Below are positions 63,011 to 64,000 of a stretch of 64,000 nt of DNA, in pieces. Position 1 is the first letter of the stretch. Every line of letters starts with the position of its first letter. Made by a program: the position numbers and the translations under genes. Under the pieces are notes generated by a model. The model saw only the letters and a program-made list of their open reading frames with translations, ran no database searches and was not told the DNA's origin. Source of the DNA: Polyangiales bacterium (GTDB lineage Bacteria; Myxococcota_A; Polyangia; Polyangiales; JADJQN01); the NCBI GenBank assembly GCA_964202905.1, contig CAXNJO010000002.1, positions 384,001-448,000 on the forward strand, read 5' to 3'.

Positions 63011-64000
63011 TCAATCGAGCGGACGCGTGAGCGCGGCGCGCACGCCGGCGGCGCGCGCCTCGACGAGCGCACGCGCCTCCGCGAACGCTGCGCTGCCGCG
63101 GAGGGGCGCGAGCGACGCGCAGCGATCGAGCCAGAGCCGATCGAAGAGGCGGTCGCGCGCCGCGTCGAGCAGCGCTTCTTCGGCCCAGGCGCGCGCGCCC
63201 GTCGCGGCCGCGAGTTCGATGCCGAGTTGCAGGAGCGCGTGGCGGAAGCGCGAGCCGCGACGGGCCCGCTGGACCGCGGCGAGGAGCGGGTCGAGCGGCA
63301 GCGGATCGCCGGCGAGCGCACGCTCGAAGGCCTCGACGACGGACACGAGCGGGCCCTCGAGGCCCTCGCGCTGCACCGGAAGCACGCGCGCGCCGCGCCA
63401 GAGGTTGAAGCGCGAGCACGCCGCGGCGCGACTCGCGGCGTCCGCCGCATCCTCGAGCGGCAACTCGAACCACGCGTCGACGAGCGGCCAGCGGCCCATG
63501 AGCGCGTGGAGCCGCACCGACTCGGTGCGGGCCTGCGCGAGAGACGCATCGAGCGTGAAGGCCGTGCCGAGCCTGGCGAGCGCGTCGTCGGTCCCGCCGA
63601 TCTCGCCCTGGATCACGCCGAGTATGAAGTGCGCCTGCGGGAGCGCGGGCGCGCGCTGGAGGGCGGCGCGCAACTCACCGACCGCCTCGGACCAGTCGCA
63701 GTCCACGAAGGCGAGCGACGCGAGGGCAAGCCTCGGCTCGGCCGCGTCGGGCGCCAGCGACTGCGCGCGCCGCGCGAGGGCCCGCGCGGCGTGCGGCCCC
63801 ACGTCCGCGGCGTCGATCTCGAAGTTGCGCGCGCGCGCCCGGGCCATGGCGGCCCCCGCGAGAATGAGCGGGTCGTCGGGCGCGAGGGCGAGCGCCTCGT
63901 CGAACTGCGCGACCACGGGCGCGAGCGGTACCGAGCCTGACCACGCGAGGCGGAGCGCATGCCGCGCCGCGACGTAGCGCTCGAGGGCGAGCGGGTTCGA
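63011..64000 (-). CDS. Partial (C-terminal) TPR-containing protein, possibly a kinase C-terminus
   Basis: TPR motifs (FDEALALAPDD, AL..AP.L..AH..LG) and terminal D..WLDRC..L.PLR...F motif; runs off the window. Confidence 0.6.
   Translation of the reverse strand, partial: SNPLALERYVAARHALRLAWSGSVPLAPVVAQFDEALALAPDDPLILAGAAMARARARNFEIDAADVGPHAARALARRAQSLAPDAAEPRLALASLAFVDCDWSEAVGELRAALQRAPALPQAHFILGVIQGEIGGTDDALARLGTAFTLDASLAQARTESVRLHALMGRWPLVDAWFELPLEDAADAASRAAACSRFNLWRGARVLPVQREGLEGPLVSVVEAFERALAGDPLPLDPLLAAVQRARRGSRFRHALLQLGIELAAATGARAWAEEALLDAARDRLFDRLWLDRCASLAPLRGSAAFAEARALVEARAAGVRAALTRPLD

Overview
Very GC-rich bacterial DNA whose gene content points to a myxobacterium (probably Polyangia/Sandaracinaceae-like; inferred): Ser/Thr kinases, FHA and TPR proteins, Cys-rich lipoproteins, a TSP3-OmpA protein and a MYXO-CTERM-like tail. 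I can support about 45 genes. Housekeeping and metabolic genes include rpoH, rsmI, a PfkB kinase, mtnP, an ABC-F ATPase, holA, a sirtuin, a ClpA/C ATPase, an SDR, nadD, a DUF2520 protein and hutH. There is also a cell-surface and signalling block at about 2-26 kb. No rRNA, tRNA, CRISPR array, transposase or integrase was recognised. The most unusual feature is a tightly coupled minus-strand operon (51839-38071). It encodes two giant paralogous TPR proteins, each ending in an apparently catalytically dead M48-peptidase-like domain, then a degenerate YfcE/Vps29-like phosphoesterase-fold protein, nadD and DUF2520. Other points of interest are an orphan SctL/FliH gene with an upstream partner, two intergenic 17-bp-period arrays sharing a core motif, paired GAAAC-N4-GTTTC palindromes between convergent genes, and a degenerate AGCS-type transporter. 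Several genes carry frameshifts, probably at least partly long-read or assembly errors. All family assignments come from motif recognition by eye, not database searches.
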